Shown here: in pieces, positions 40,100 through 52,730 of the stretch
How the letters are laid out: each line of letters starts with the position of its first letter
Numbering within the stretch: the first letter of the stretch is position 1
Source of the DNA: Eledone cirrhosa
Taxonomy: Eukaryota
Direction of reading: 5' to 3'
Assembly (NCBI GenBank): GCA_964016885.1
Contig: OZ024743.1
Location: 32,302,001-32,366,000, forward strand
Length of the DNA stretch: 64,000 nucleotides
Notes under the pieces: model-generated
The model's database searches: none
What the model saw: the letters and a program-made list of their open reading frames with translations, nothing else
What the model was told of the DNA's origin: nothing
Program-made: the position numbers and the translations under genes

Positions 40100-40965
40100 G
40101 AAGAACAACTTGAATGAAAAGTCCTTTCATTGCATCTTTTTGAAGAAAACAAAATTCAGAAATCCACAGACTTGGAACTGGTTAAATAAAGGGGACCTTA
40201 TGAAAGCCAGACAGAGAATGCTACTGGCTGCACAGGAGCAAGCCCTTGGAACGAAGTGGATGAAACACCATATTGGCAAGAAGGACACTAGCCCACTCTG
40301 TAGGATCTGTGGAGAGAGAGAGAGGAAACTGTGGCTCACATCATATCTGAGTGTAAACACCAAACCCAGACTCACTTTAAAGGATGGAGGCATGATCTCA
40401 TAGGAAAAGGGATTCACTGGTGCTTATGCTAACTGGACAAATTACCTCATTCTGAGAAATGGTATGAGCATAAGCCCGAGTCGGTGATAGAAAAAGATTG
40501 GGTGAAGTTGCTGTGGGATTTCAGGATCAAACGGACAGAGTATTAGAACACAATAGGCCTGACCTAGTGGTTTTGACAAGGAAAAAATATGTTGCTTGAT
40601 TATAGATGTAGCTTGCCCATTTGACATAAGACTGCAAGGAAAGGAAGAGGAGAAAATTAACGAGTACCAGGATCTAAATTGGAAACCCAAAAAATTTGGG
40701 ACTGTCATAAGATGAAGATCACCCCCATCATCATAGGTGCACTAGGTACTATCTTGAAGTTCTTCTAAGGCTGGTTAAAGAACATTAGCCCAGCCCCTTT
40801 TGGGGGGAACATTCCTGAAGGCATGCCTACTGGGAATAGCAAGGACCCTCCAATATGTCTTGAATATCTGAGGCTGCAGGTAGTAACTTGATGTTCATTA
40901 GGTCAAATTTTCCAGTTAAATAACATCAATGATGGAGATATCACAATATTAACAACAACAATAAA
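40100..40965 (+). pseudogene. R4/Dong-clade LINE 3' fragment (CCHC plus restriction-like endonuclease)
   Basis: TWNWLNKGDL...AAQEQAL...CRICGE.EETVAHIISEC, RHD, WYEHKPESV, KLLWDF, RPDLVV, IIDVACPFD; AAC/TAA-type tail. Confidence 0.85.
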
Positions 40966-40969
40966 ATTA

Positions 40970-42847
40970 AAATGAGCTGATGATTGATAAAATGGTACTG
41001 AAGGACTGCAAAACAAAGGCTCACCAATCTAACCCTTGCTTCGATTGACTACAAGATGGCATATGGCATGATGCTGCATTCTTGGATTCTTCATTTGTTG
41101 AATATTTTTAAGGTATCAGACATCAAGAGCCCTATAGAGAAATCAATGGCTAAATAGAGAAAGATTAGGTGAAGTAAAGATGTAGTGGGGCATCTTCCAA
41201 GGAGACAGATTTTCACCAACTTTGTTTGTTGTTTCTATGACACCACTGTCAGTTGTGCTTAAAAGCATGCCAATCAGATACTGCATAGGGAAAGATAGGA
41301 ACAACTTCAATCATCTATTGTTTGTGGATGCTTTAAAACTATACAGTCATACTGCAGAAGAGCTAGACCCCTTAGTCCTTAGTGCAAACACTCAGATTAA
41401 TTTCTGAAGATATCGGGATGAAGTTTGGTAATTCAAAGTGTGTGATAAGAGAGATGAAGTGTGAAAAATGGTAAGGTTTGATGCCAAACAATGAAATAAT
41501 CAAGACACTGGAAACAGATGAAGCATATGAATATCTTGGTGTGCTACAAAGCCATGAATTAAAAAACAAAACAAAAAAGCAATGAAATAAACTGTCAGAA
41601 AAGAGTACTTTCAAAGATCGAAGATGATCCTAAGGTCCTGTTTGAATGGTAGAAACACTGAGCTGGCAATAAATACTAGAGCTGTTTCAATAATTAGGTA
41701 TGGTGCAGATATAGAAAGGACGAAAATAGAGTTGAAGGAAATTGATCGGAAAACTAGGAAAATGCTCACAGTCTACCAAAGTATGCACCCACAAGGTGAT
41801 GCAGACAGGCTGTATTGGAAGAAAGTATGCTGTCAAAATAGAAGATAGTGGTAGTGGCTTCTCCATAAAAAATAAAGAATAGCTTCAATCGGAGTTTGTC
41901 AAGGAAGGCATATTTGAGAAAGACGGTGACCCAAAATACACAAAGACTGAGATTACTGAAGAGTGTAAAGAAGTATTTGATGAAAAGCCCCTGCATTCAT
42001 CATTCCTTAAGGAAATGCAAAATGTGTGTGATAACAAAAATACTTAGTTATGGTTACAATAAGGCTACCTTAAGAAAAAAATGGAAGGACTTATATTAGA
42101 AACAAGCTACAGAAAAACACAGAAAAGAAAGATGTTCAAGCTGAATGTAGAATTTGTGAAGAGACAGCTGAGACAGTTACTCATATTGTTTCAGAGTATA
42201 AACAATTAACCCAGAATGATTACAAAATCACTGACATGATAATGTGGCTACCATGCTGCACTGGAGCTTGTGTAAAAAGTAGGAATTTCTATGTGCAGAA
42301 AAAAGCTATGAACATAGTGTCACAAATGAGATGAGAGTGCTAGAGAATGATGAAATAAAGCTCCTGTGGGACTTCCCAATTCAGACAGAGGTGAAGATTG
42401 AGCACAATAAACCAGATATTGCCATAATTGAGAAGGGGAGAACTTTACCCTCATAGATGTAGTGTGTCCTTTTGACACCAGATTTGAATGAAAAGCAGAG
42501 AAAGTGAGGAATTATACTGACCTAAAATATGAGATCTTAAAATACTGAAGTAATGAAGTGAAGACAGTCACAATTGTCTCAGTGGTGATTGGTGCTCTTG
42601 GCAGGGTGACAGAGAACCTTGAGAACTACCTGTCGAAGATAGGTTTTGCACCAGGAATTAACTGCTCCAGAAGACATGCCTACTGGGAACAGCCAGAATA
42701 TTGAGAAAGGTTCTGTACTACAAGTAGTGAAATAATGAAAGATATGAAAAAGATGGAGTTACCCTAGGTTACTAGTTGTAGCCCAGTCTTTCTAAAATAA
42801 CCAATGCAAAGCAGCATCAAAGTTTGTCGTGCAAAATAGTCAAATAA
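40970..42847 (+). pseudogene. Second R4/Dong-clade LINE, decayed RT-CCHC-RLE
   Basis: IDYKMAYGMMLHSWI, GIFQGDRFSP, NHLLFVDALKLY, YEYLGV, AINTRAVSIIRYGA, CRICEETAETVTHIVSE, KLLWDFPIQT..HNKPDI, IDVVCPFD, LQKTCLLGTARILRKVL. Confidence 0.88.
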
Positions 42848-43330
42848 TTGTTTCTACTTTAGGCACAAGGCCAGCAATTTGAAGGAGAAGAAGAAGTTGA
42901 TTAAATCGACCCCAGGGTGTTACTGGTATTTTATTTTATCAATCCCGTAATGATGAAAGGTAAAGCTATCCTCAGTGGGATTTGAATTCAGAACATAAAG
43001 GGCCATCATTCTATGCCATGAAACAGGGTGTCTGATGATCTACCAATACTGCCAATCCACTACCCTAGTAACAACAATAATAATAATTGTTTCTACTTTT
43101 GGCACAAAGCCAGCAATAACCCGCAAGGCATTACTGGTGCTTTATTTTATCGACCCTGTAAGGATAAAAGGCAAAGTTAACTTCAGCAGGATTTGAACTC
43201 AAACTGTAAAGGGCCGCAACTCTATGCTGCAAATATTAATAGTTTCTGATTTGACCACAAGGCCAAGAATGGGAAGTCAGTTATATTGACCCCAGTATTT
43301 GGCAGCTACTTTATTTTATCAACCTGTAGT
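42845..43330 (-). mobile_element. Tandem Nin/Deu-domain-like SINEs
   Basis: Two near-complete reverse copies (~42845-43065, ~43080-43230) plus a fragment. Confidence 0.8.
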
Positions 43331-43859
43331 CAAATTTTGCTTTTCATCATTTCCAGGTTGATAAAATAACAATGTAGTACTGAAATCGATTTCATCAACA
43401 GTTTTCTCTCCCCAAAGTTGGTGCTATTGTTAGAAATCATTCTTATTAGTATTGGTACTGCTAAATCATCAATTTCTCATGTCACATTCCTGGCAATAAC
43501 ACCTGTTGATTCCCACCAGACCTTCATTTATCTGTTAAAAATTGAAAGGTAATTATCAAATTGTATTTTTTCTTTCAGAATATAAATAAAAAATATTGTA
43601 CAAATGAGTTATTAAACATATCAACCTGCCAGACATACTTAATATATATAAATTTACATAATAGCAAGAAACACTAGAGATGGTTAAAGAATAGATGATC
43701 TCCAGAGAAGAATCCCCATAACTCATGTAAATGTTTTGGTTTTTAACTCTTTACACTAATGGGACAAACTTTCCTTCTGCTGTTGCCGAATTTTTATCAC
43801 TTTGCTATCAAAGACTTATTATACAAAGGGGAATTAAGCCATGTGAAATTCACTTTTGT

Positions 43860-44330
43860 TTCTCTTTAATCAAATCCAGATGGAAATCTGTTCTCCTGCT
43901 TTAGCCATTGCCTTTAGTGTTCTGGTCCTCTTCTTGTTAGATATCAAGAACTGTTTCATGAGATGATAGGTAGACATGCCTACAACACATTTTCTCCAAC
44001 CTTTATGACAAGAACTTTAGTTTGGAAGCCAAACTCTCTCAAGCTGCAATCTAAACTGGTTAGTTCTCAGTTGTAGATGTGCACTTCCTCCATTTTATTT
44101 TTATATGACATAGTGAGTCCAATCAGAATCACTAGTTTGGATGAATAGGTTGGAGTATTATATGTCTTATTATTGCTGATAATTTATCGTTAATTTTTTA
44201 CATTCTGGAAAGTTTTCTGTACACACCCAGTCATCCACTCCATCCATAGTTCCAGCTGCCATAGTTCTTCCAAGTGACAATGTTTTGCCTCTTGCTGTTT
44301 AGAATCTTGCCAGAACTTCTGATGGTATCA
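43860..44330 (-). pseudogene. Hero-like (RLE) non-LTR retrotransposon 3' remnant
   Basis: Minus strand SKLVILIGLTMSYKNKMEEVHIY...GFQTKVLVIKVG...VVGMSTYHLMKQ..SNKKRTRTLKAMAKAGEQISIWI (cf. ELTVPWEERxEEAH / EVGxRGFVG / AExASxWLW). Confidence 0.65.
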
Positions 44331-44979
44331 TTCACAGTTTACATCCCACCACCTTACACAACACTCCCATCACCTACACCATAATCTCCCACACCATCAA
44401 CTTTCAGAACACTTCTTTCCACCCACCACCTTATGCTACACCATCATCTTCCGCTGCACCCTCTTACACTTTACCATCATAGAGCTACCACTCTCACTTG
44501 ATTAATTTAACTTTTCTGATAACAACCAACCCTGGTTTTATTATCCAAAATTGTTTGTTTTAAAATGTTTATATTCATCTAAACCTTCCATCATAATTTT
44601 ATATGAGAACCTTTGGTGAAGACTTATGTGCCAAATACCAGCTTAATAATGAAAATGTTGGTTATATTACTAAATCGTTCCAAACTCATAGGCAGAGCTT
44701 TTCATTAGAAATATGGTAGTGAAAGGGTTAAATCTCTCATTTCCAACCATTTTTCATCCATCATTTAACATCCCACCACATTTCACAACATCCTTGTGCA
44801 CTTACACTGCATTTAATTTAATTATTCTCTGAATCTTTCATTAATTTCTGCTATATTTAAGAATAGATGTAAAATGAAGATGAGGAAGATGATGAGGATG
44901 ATGTGGATGATGTGGATGAGACTATATATTTTCTTTTATGTGAAGAAGACGTAACTAGTCAGAGATGGTAACCATCTTC

Positions 44980-45118
44980 AACTGAAAATATTACTCTCCT
45001 ACTGTGAATTATGACTCTCCAGCTGTGAAATATTACTCTCCTACTGTGAGGTATGATTCTCCAACTGTGACATATTACACTCCAACTGGGAGTTATGACT
45101 CACCAACTGTGAAATATT
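44980..45118. repeat. 21-bp minisatellite (~6-7 copies)
   Basis: Alternating ACTGTGAAATATTACTCTCCT / ACTGTGAATTATGACTCTCCA units. Confidence 0.8.
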
Positions 45119-45861
45119 AGTATTTAATAGTTATTTATCATGTACTATAAGCAGGGCTGGTTGCCTGGCTGATCATGTAACTGTGGGCCATCACTGAATG
45201 CCCAGTTTTTAATTAGTAATGGAATGACATGAGGTGTGGTTTTATATTGCTTCCTCCCATCTTTGGAAGGATTTAAATTCAGCACTGCAAGCTAATAAAA
45301 TAATATATAAATAAAAACCAGAATAAAGTTTTTTTCACTTTGGAGAGATATGAATCCTGACATTTTGAGAAAATACCCTTCATCATCATCAATATCATCA
45401 TATTATGTCTGCTTTCTATACTGGAATGTTTTGGATAGGTCATTATGATTCAGATCAGCTCTTATTCAGAGTTAGTGCTTTTCAAGATGTTCTGGAGTAC
45501 CACATCTTACTCAGATGTTCCACTTTTTGTTATGGTTGCTAGATAGCCCTTCTTAATGCCAATGAATTTGCAGATTTTACTGGGTGAATTTTGTGGCCCC
45601 AGCGCTAGAGCACATATGTATTTGGCAAGACTGAAAGATGCATTTGATCCTATCTTGTTTACACTTATCCCTGACTACTTTACAGAGTGTACTGGGTGCA
45701 TTTTATTATAGCATCAGTACTACTAAAATTACCTGTTTTTGTAAGACTATAGAATACACACAACACTACAGTGTCTCCATTTATTCAAGGCAACATGACC
45801 AAGAGGATGAATAAAAGTGATAGCCATAACAAAAGAACTAGGTTGAGTTGTTAAAGAGAAT

Positions 45862-46295
45862 GTGCCAACCACATTTACAGTGAGGAGTTGGTGCTTTTTC
45901 TCATGGCACCAAAATGATCACTTTACAGTGTGGAGTGGGCACTTTTTGTCATGACACCTACACAACCACTTAACACTGTGGAGTGGGCACTTTTTGTCAT
46001 GACACCGACACAACCACTTAACAGTGCGGAGTGGGCACTTTTTGTCATGACACTTACACAACTAGTTAACACTGTGGAGTGGGCACTTTTTGTCATGACA
46101 CCTACACAACCACTTAACAGTGCAGAGTGGGCACTTTTTGTCATGACACCTACACAACCAATTAACACTGTGGAGTGGGCACTTTTTGCCATGACACATA
46201 CTCAACAGTGTGGACTGGTCACTTTTTGTCGTGCAACCAACACGACCACTCCACAATGTGGACTGGGGAGGCTTTTTGTTGTGACACCTACATAT
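45862..46295 (-). repeat. 48-bp tandem array derived from the RTE 3' UTR internal repeat
   Basis: Unit ACAGTGTGGAGTGGGCACTTTTTGTCATGACACCTACACAACCACTTA, ~8 copies; its reverse complement resembles 51368-51462. Confidence 0.8.
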
Positions 46296-46384
46296 GTGTG
46301 TGTATATATTTAGAGAGAGAGATGTATGTATATCTATATTTATATATGCATGTGTATGAATGTGTGTATATATATATATATATA

Positions 46385-46818
46385 TGTAGTGACCTACATT
46401 CCGCGGGCTCACATACATTCTCTGTGCGTGATTTGGCTCAGCTCAGCCAATCAGCGCCAGGGGAAGAGAATGTATCCCTATGCGTTCTGAGGGAGAAATA
46501 GCCCGCAAAGATTTGAGAAATCTAACACTCGCAGCTTGACCATGCTAAGGTAAACACCACTTGTTCTTTTGCTCCGTAAGCACAAACAATATGTAACGAC
46601 ACAACAATTTTACTACGGACCTGGTCAAACGCCTCAGCCAGTCGACCGTATTTTCTCTTGTAATCTTAATTGAATTATTTCATTATTCTTGGCATGCCAA
46701 CTTAATTCACTTCTTAACCTTTGTTAATAAATTATGTAAAAACAAGCTAAAGTCGTTGTCGGTATTCCTATCATATCTTTCTACCAAACCTAGTTCCTCG
46801 TGGCAACATTACCACTCT
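46385..46818 (+). mobile_element. Probable solo LTR
   Basis: Begins TGTAGTG after (TA)n and ends ...ACCACTCT (imperfect inverted terminus); contains CCAAT and AATAAA; CpG-richer than the flanks. Confidence 0.4.
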
Positions 46819-47301
46819 CTAAATATAACTTCTCCGCTAAATATATATATACATGTAAAAATGATGTTCGCATGCCAACACAAGAGCAAGAATGAAGTGT
46901 TCATTCTACTGGCTATAAAATTGAGGCTTGTTTGTATAATTACCAACGAATCGAATGTTATCATTAATATTCGAAAAACTCAGATTACATTTATTATATA
47001 CATGTAAATGTATGTGTATTTGTAAACTGTAAATACATTTACATATGAAGTTTTATTAAACAAATATTCAGCTTCCCTGTGCAAACAGTTCTCATTGTTA
47101 AAGCAAAGCTACCTCTATGCAGAATAAACTACATGTAGGTGTAAGCTACTGTTGTTCAGTGTAAAATAATCTCGATAAACACTTCCGATAAGCTGGTAAT
47201 TTCTAGATAAATCTTGGCATATCTATCAGTTCTTGGGACAGAATTAGGCCCTTGATTTAGCAATGGGGTCTATTTTTATTTGGTGGTTAAATATATGCAC
47301 C

Positions 47302-47527
47302 TTAACCCTTTAGCATTTGCATTACTCTGTATTTACTATTGTATTTTCACAGTAAAGGCTTTATCTCACATAATTATCTCACATAATATCGAATCTATGA
47401 GATTTCGATATTATCTATTTTGAGAACAATACCTTAACATCAGTATGAGAAGCAGGCTATGAAATTGAACAGAAAGATGTGAAAGAATTCTGTCTGGATA
47501 TGGCCAGTTTAAATGCTAAAGGGTTAA
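47302..47527 (+). mobile_element. piggyBac-like MITE, family A
   Basis: TTAA target site plus perfect TIR CCCTTTAGCATTT / AAATGCTAAAGGG. Confidence 0.85.
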
Positions 47528-47598
47528 ACAAGCACATATAATCATTGTTACAATTTATTCACAAATATATGTTGCCACAGAACTTTATATATATATAT

Positions 47599-48115
47599 TA
47601 AAGAGTTAAACAAGATTCAATGAGTATATCAAAGAATGAGTTTTGAAAAGTAGATTAGAAGCACTCTACAAGAAATAATTTTCCGGAGTTAGTAATATTA
47701 AAATACAAATATTAATAAAATAGATGTTCTTTTGATCAATTAAATTTTATTATACATATTTCAGAGGTACAACAGTACGTCATTATCAGACTTGGCAGTA
47801 TCGGTAGAGGGTCGGATGCCATGCTTTCCAGCATAGTTACGTCCCTTAACGATCTGAGTTCAAATCCCGCTGAGGTTGACTTTGCCTTTCATCCTTACGG
47901 GGTCGATAAAATAAAGTACCAGTAATGCACTGGGTAATTGCTGGCCTTGTGCCAAAAAGTAGAAACAATTATCAGACAAAATATGATACATGACATATGT
48001 CATGTATCATTATATTTTGTCTGATAATGACGTACTGTTGTACCTCCGAAATATGTATAATAAAATTTAATTGATCAAAAGAACATCTATTTTATTAATA
48101 TTTGTATTTTAATAT
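47599..48115. mobile_element. Spacerless palindromic Penelope-like/retrozyme-like element interrupted by a SINE
   Basis: Palindrome centred at 47996/47997 (TGACAT|ATGTCA), arms extending to ~47694 and ~48114; hammerhead variant at 48014-48066 (CTGATAA...GAAA-TATGTA-TA); unpaired tail 47599-47693; (TA)n flanks. Confidence 0.75.
47792..47970 (+). mobile_element. Nin/Deu-domain-like SINE with 10-bp target site duplication
   Basis: ATTATCAGAC at 47782-47791 and 47968-47977. Confidence 0.9.
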
Positions 48116-48449
48116 ATATATATATATATATATATGGCATTTGGAAGGGCATCCAACTGTAGACACCAAGCCAAAATATGGATCTGTATGAACAATATGT
48201 GAATCACCTGACCTGACTTGTCTCATTATGTGATAACCTGTCTCATGGAAGCTTGGAAAAATAGACGAGGATGATGAGAAGTAACTAGTGAAGACTAGTC
48301 AGATTTTTAATGAACTAAGTACTCTATACTAAAGGAAAGTACAGTGTACATATCATTATAGGATGGAAAGCCAGGTGGTCAACCTTAAGCCGTTGATAGT
48401 TTAAGCTTAATCATCAGGCTGCATACCCTTTAATAATAATAATAATGAA

Positions 48450-48658
48450 TTACACTATAGGCACAAGGCCAGCAATTTTTTTGTGGGGGAGGAGTCAATT
48501 AAATCGACCCCAGTGCATTTCTGTGACTTTATTTTATCAACCCCATAAGGATGAAAGGCAAATCTAACTTCAGCAGGATCTGAACTCAGAACGTAAAGGG
48601 ACGTAACTATGCCACTAAGCATTGTGCGCGACACTCTACCAATAAATAATAATAATAA
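48450..48658 (-). mobile_element. Nin/Deu-domain-like SINE
   Basis: Reverse copy of the family consensus. Confidence 0.8.
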
Positions 48659-48982
48659 AGTAAAGTAAAAAGAAACCCTTCGGTCATGAATGATCATGGG
48701 TTTTGCACCTAGAAGGTTCCCCTCTGACAAAGTGTTTTTGTGGAAAACCAGCAATCACCCATGTATACTAGTCACCGCTCTCCACACCACCGATGTTGTC
48801 CAAGGGATAGTCAAATGCCAATACTGCTTGACACCAATGATGTCACAACTTATTTTGCAGCTGAGGGAACTAGAGCAAACCGAAATAAAGTGTCTTGCTC
48901 AAGGACACAATGCATCGCCTGCTCCAGGAATCAAACTCACAGCCTCGCAATTGTAAATCTCTAACTGCTAAGCCACACACCT
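48655..48982 (-). mobile_element. tRNA/CORE-like SINE with a non-RTE tail
   Basis: Same head and core as 20054 (GTGTCCTTGAGCAAGACACTTTATTTC) but the tail is ...CCCATGATCATTCATGACCGAAGGGTTTC(TTTAC)n. Confidence 0.7.
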
Positions 48983-48994
48983 TAACATAAAATA

Positions 48995-49571
48995 ATATAT
49001 ACATACACACACTCAAACATATATATATATACACATACGCACACACAAATATATATATATATATATACATACACACACTCAAACATATATATATATATAT
49101 ATACATACACACACTCAAACATATATATATATATATATATATACACATACACACACACAAATATATATATATATATATATATATACATACATACACACAC
49201 ACACAAATATATATATATATATACATACATACACACACACACAAATATATATATATATATACATACATACACACAAACATATATATATATATATACACAT
49301 ACACAAATATATATATATATATACATACATACACACAAATATATATATATATATACATACATACACACAAACATATATATATACACATACACACAAACAT
49401 ATACACACACATACACACAAACATATACACACACATATATATATATATACACATACACACACACAAATATATATATATACACAAACATATACACATATAT
49501 ATATATATATATACATATACACACAAACATATATATATATATATATACACAAACATATATATATATATATA
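48995..49571. repeat. Compound (TA)n/(CA)n microsatellite
   Basis: Direct inspection. Confidence 0.95.
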
Positions 49572-51328
49572 TGAAGAGTCATTATGATAGATTACTAAAT
49601 GAGGAGAATGCATGGGAAGAAGAGACCCTACCCCATGTAGACCCTATAGAGGGACCAGCAGTACAAGTCAGTGGCAGCGTAGTAAGTAAGGCAATCAGAG
49701 ATATGAAGATGGGGAAGGCAACCGGTCCATCAGGTATAGCTGCCGAGATGCTGAAGGCATCTGGGTCTGTAGGTCACACTATAACCACACGTATTGTTAA
49801 CCAGGTAATACTAGAAGGGGCCATACCGAAAGATTGGTGCAGTAGCATCATTGTCAACTGCTACAAAGGTAAAGGCGATGCACTAGATAGAGGAAACTAT
49901 AGAGGTATAAAGTTGATGGACCAGGTCATGAAAGTAACAGAAAGAGTTATAGCACAGCTGATTAGGGACCGGGTGAATATAGACGAGATGCAATTTGGGT
50001 TTGTACCAGGGAGAGGCACCACTGATGCCCTCTTCCTTGTGAGGCAATTACAGGAAAAGTACCTAGCTAAAAGTAAGCCACTCTACTTGGCATTTGTCGA
50101 CCTTGAGAAAGCCTTTGACAGAGTTCCACGTGCAGTAATCTGGTGGGCTCTTAGAAAACTAGGAGTAGATGAATGGCTTGTGAAAACGGTACAAGCCATG
50201 TATAGGGGAGCAGTCAGCAAAGTTAGGATTAGCAATGAGTATAGCGAGGAATTTAACGTACAGGTTGGGGTCCACCAGGGCTCTGTTCTTAGCCCTCTCC
50301 TGTTCATCATAGTCCTGCAGGCAATAACGGAGGAGTTTAAGACCGGATGCCCATGGGAACTCCTGTATGCTGATGACCTCGCACTCATAGCTGAATCTAT
50401 GGTAGAACTAGAGAATAAATTCCAAACCTGGAAGCAGAGACTAGAGAGAAAGGGCCTCAAAGTCAACATGACAAAGACTAAGGTCCTTGAAAGTAGACGA
50501 GAAAACAGAACCCAGATCCCCTCAGGGAAATGGCCTTGCTCAGTATGTAGGAAAGGTGTAGGTAGGAACTCCATTCTCTGCCCCAAATGCAAACAATGGG
50601 TACACAAGAGATGTAGCGGGATCTCAGGAAGCTTAATTAAGAATGTAGGATTCACATGCAGCAGCTGTGCTGAAACAGCAAGCAAACAGCCACAGGAAAC
50701 AAGTACCACCAATCTCTGGGAGGGCCCTGTAAAAACAGTAGACAGCTTCTGCTACCTAGGTGACCGAATTAGCAACGGAGGTGGGTGCTCAGAAAGTACA
50801 ATAACTAGGGTAAGAACGGGATGGAAGAAGTTTAGGGAACTACTACCACTGCTAGCTGCAAAAGGCTTCTCCCTCAGAATGAAAGGCAGACTGTATGATG
50901 CGTGTATCCGAACAGCGATATTGCATGGTAGTGAGACCTGGGCGCTGAAGGTGGAAGACTTACGTAGATTAGAGAGAAACGAAGCCTGCATGCTCCGATG
51001 GATGTGTAACAGTAATATACGTGAACAACAAAGCATAAAGGAATTGAGAGAGAGACTGAGCATAAGAGGAATCAAATGCTGCGTGCAGGAGAGGCGGTTA
51101 CGCTGGTATGGACATGTGATGCGTATGAAGGATGACAGCTGCATAAAAAGGTGCAGAGCACTAGAAGTTGATGGAAACTGCGGAGTGGGGAGACCCAAGA
51201 TGACTTGGGATGAGGTGATAAAAGCCGACCTTACCCAACTACACCTCTCAAAGACAATGACACACGACTGTGACTTCTGGCGTCACGCAGTAATACAGGG
51301 TACCCGACCTCCCATGGGTACATGCTGA
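49571..51328 (+). CDS. RTE-clade LINE reverse transcriptase ORF, 5'-truncated (no APE domain), with an internal PHD-like finger
   Basis: 585 aa without stops; [57 protein letters not shown] (50366-50377), [21 protein letters not shown]. The start ATG arises at the (TA)n junction. Confidence 0.95.
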   Translation: MKSHYDRLLNEENAWEEETLPHVDPIEGPAVQVSGSVVSKAIRDMKMGKATGPSGIAAEMLKASGSVGHTITTRIVNQVILEGAIPKDWCSSIIVNCYKGKGDALDRGNYRGIKLMDQVMKVTERVIAQLIRDRVNIDEMQFGFVPGRGTTDALFLVRQLQEKYLAKSKPLYLAFVDLEKAFDRVPRAVIWWALRKLGVDEWLVKTVQAMYRGAVSKVRISNEYSEEFNVQVGVHQGSVLSPLLFIIVLQAITEEFKTGCPWELLYADDLALIAESMVELENKFQTWKQRLERKGLKVNMTKTKVLESRRENRTQIPSGKWPCSVCRKGVGRNSILCPKCKQWVHKRCSGISGSLIKNVGFTCSSCAETASKQPQETSTTNLWEGPVKTVDSFCYLGDRISNGGGCSESTITRVRTGWKKFRELLPLLAAKGFSLRMKGRLYDACIRTAILHGSETWALKVEDLRRLERNEACMLRWMCNSNIREQQSIKELRERLSIRGIKCCVQERRLRWYGHVMRMKDDSCIKRCRALEVDGNCGVGRPKMTWDEVIKADLTQLHLSKTMTHDCDFWRHAVIQGTRPPMGTC

Positions 51329-51622
51329 AGCATATAAACAATATGCCCCCACTCCCCCCACCGCAAGGTGGTCGTGGAGGTGCCACGGCAAAAAAGCACC
51401 CAGCCCACACTGTAAAGTGGACGTGTAGGCGCCACGAAAAAGCACCCAGCACTCACTGTAAATGAGGTTGGTGTTAGGAAGGGCATCCAGCTGTAGAAAT
51501 CAAGCCAGATCAGTTCCTGTATGAGCAAGGCATGGTCAGCCGACCAGACACTGCACACAACAGGACAACCCGTCTAACCCATGCTAGCGTGGAAGAACGG
51601 ACGTAAAACGGTGATGATGATG
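51329..51622 (+). mobile_element. RTE LINE 3' UTR with (GAT)n tail
   Basis: Follows the stop codon; two ~48-bp internal repeats; ends GTGATGATGATGAT in (TA)n. Confidence 0.9.
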
Positions 51623-51730
51623 ATATATATACATATATACACATACACACAGACAAACATATATATACACAAAAATATATATATATATACATACACACAA
51701 ACATATGTATATATATATATATATATAAAT

Positions 51731-52078
51731 CAGGGGCAAAGGGTCCGTGCATGCAACACATGCAGTGCATGCGTTTTAGAATCTTGAGTTGATCAATTGC
51801 GTCGGTTGAAGAAAGCTGAAATTTGGCTGCTTCCTAAAACGTAGACACAAAAAAAGATAACACACACACACGACAGCTTTGGGATAAGCAGAATTTTGAC
51901 TGCTTACTAAATCGTAGACACATAAAAAGATAACACACAGACACACACACACTAGATAACACTACATGCGGCTTTGACCGGGAGAGTCATTAAGAGTGTG
52001 GGGGGGGGGGTAAGGCCCCACTTTCCGCCATGGCGATTGGACTGCATGCCCTGCTTTCCAGGTTACCCTTTGCCACTG
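51731..52078. mobile_element. hAT-like MITE
   Basis: TIR CAGGGGCAAAGGG / CCCTTTGCCACTG (1 mismatch); 8-bp flanks ATATAAAT / ATATACAT; right end duplicated at ~52148-52211. Confidence 0.7.
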
Positions 52079-52730
52079 ATATACATACACACACACACAT
52101 ACACACACACACATATATATACATATATACATACATGGACACACATATCCCCACTTTCCGCCATGGCGATTGGACTGCATGCCCTGCTTTCCAGGTTACC
52201 CTTCACCACTGATATACATACACACACACATATATATACATATATACATAGATGGACACACATATCCACACATATGTGTGTGTACACACACATTTATATA
52301 ATTGAGTGCATATATATATATATGTGAGTTTTGGAGATTATACTAAATTACATAATTCAACATAGGTGACAAAAGCATATACTTTGTAAGTTACACTCTT
52401 GACACCCTCTTGCTTTTTAATCTTTTACTTTTTACACCATTATAATTTCCTAAATGTCTCTTTGTACAGCTTCTCTTTTTCATTCCTTCCATCATTTCTT
52501 TTACAAATCTATATGTAAGCAGCTTCTACATCTAGTATTATCAGCAGCAGTATTATCATCTCCATCACCACACTATACTTTGAAGGAATTGCTGCTTCCC
52601 TGCTTGATGTTGTTTCCATGACAACGATATCAAGTTAAAAGCTACTAGAAGGCTGACAGTGTATATCTACCACAATTTCTAGCACCTAGTGTTTCTCTTT
52701 TGCCCACCTAATTTGGTGGGGGAAGATTTT

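Noticed and set aside
50083-51198. Antisense ORFs of 209 and 148 aa
   Set aside because: Shadow frames of the RTE RT coding strand.
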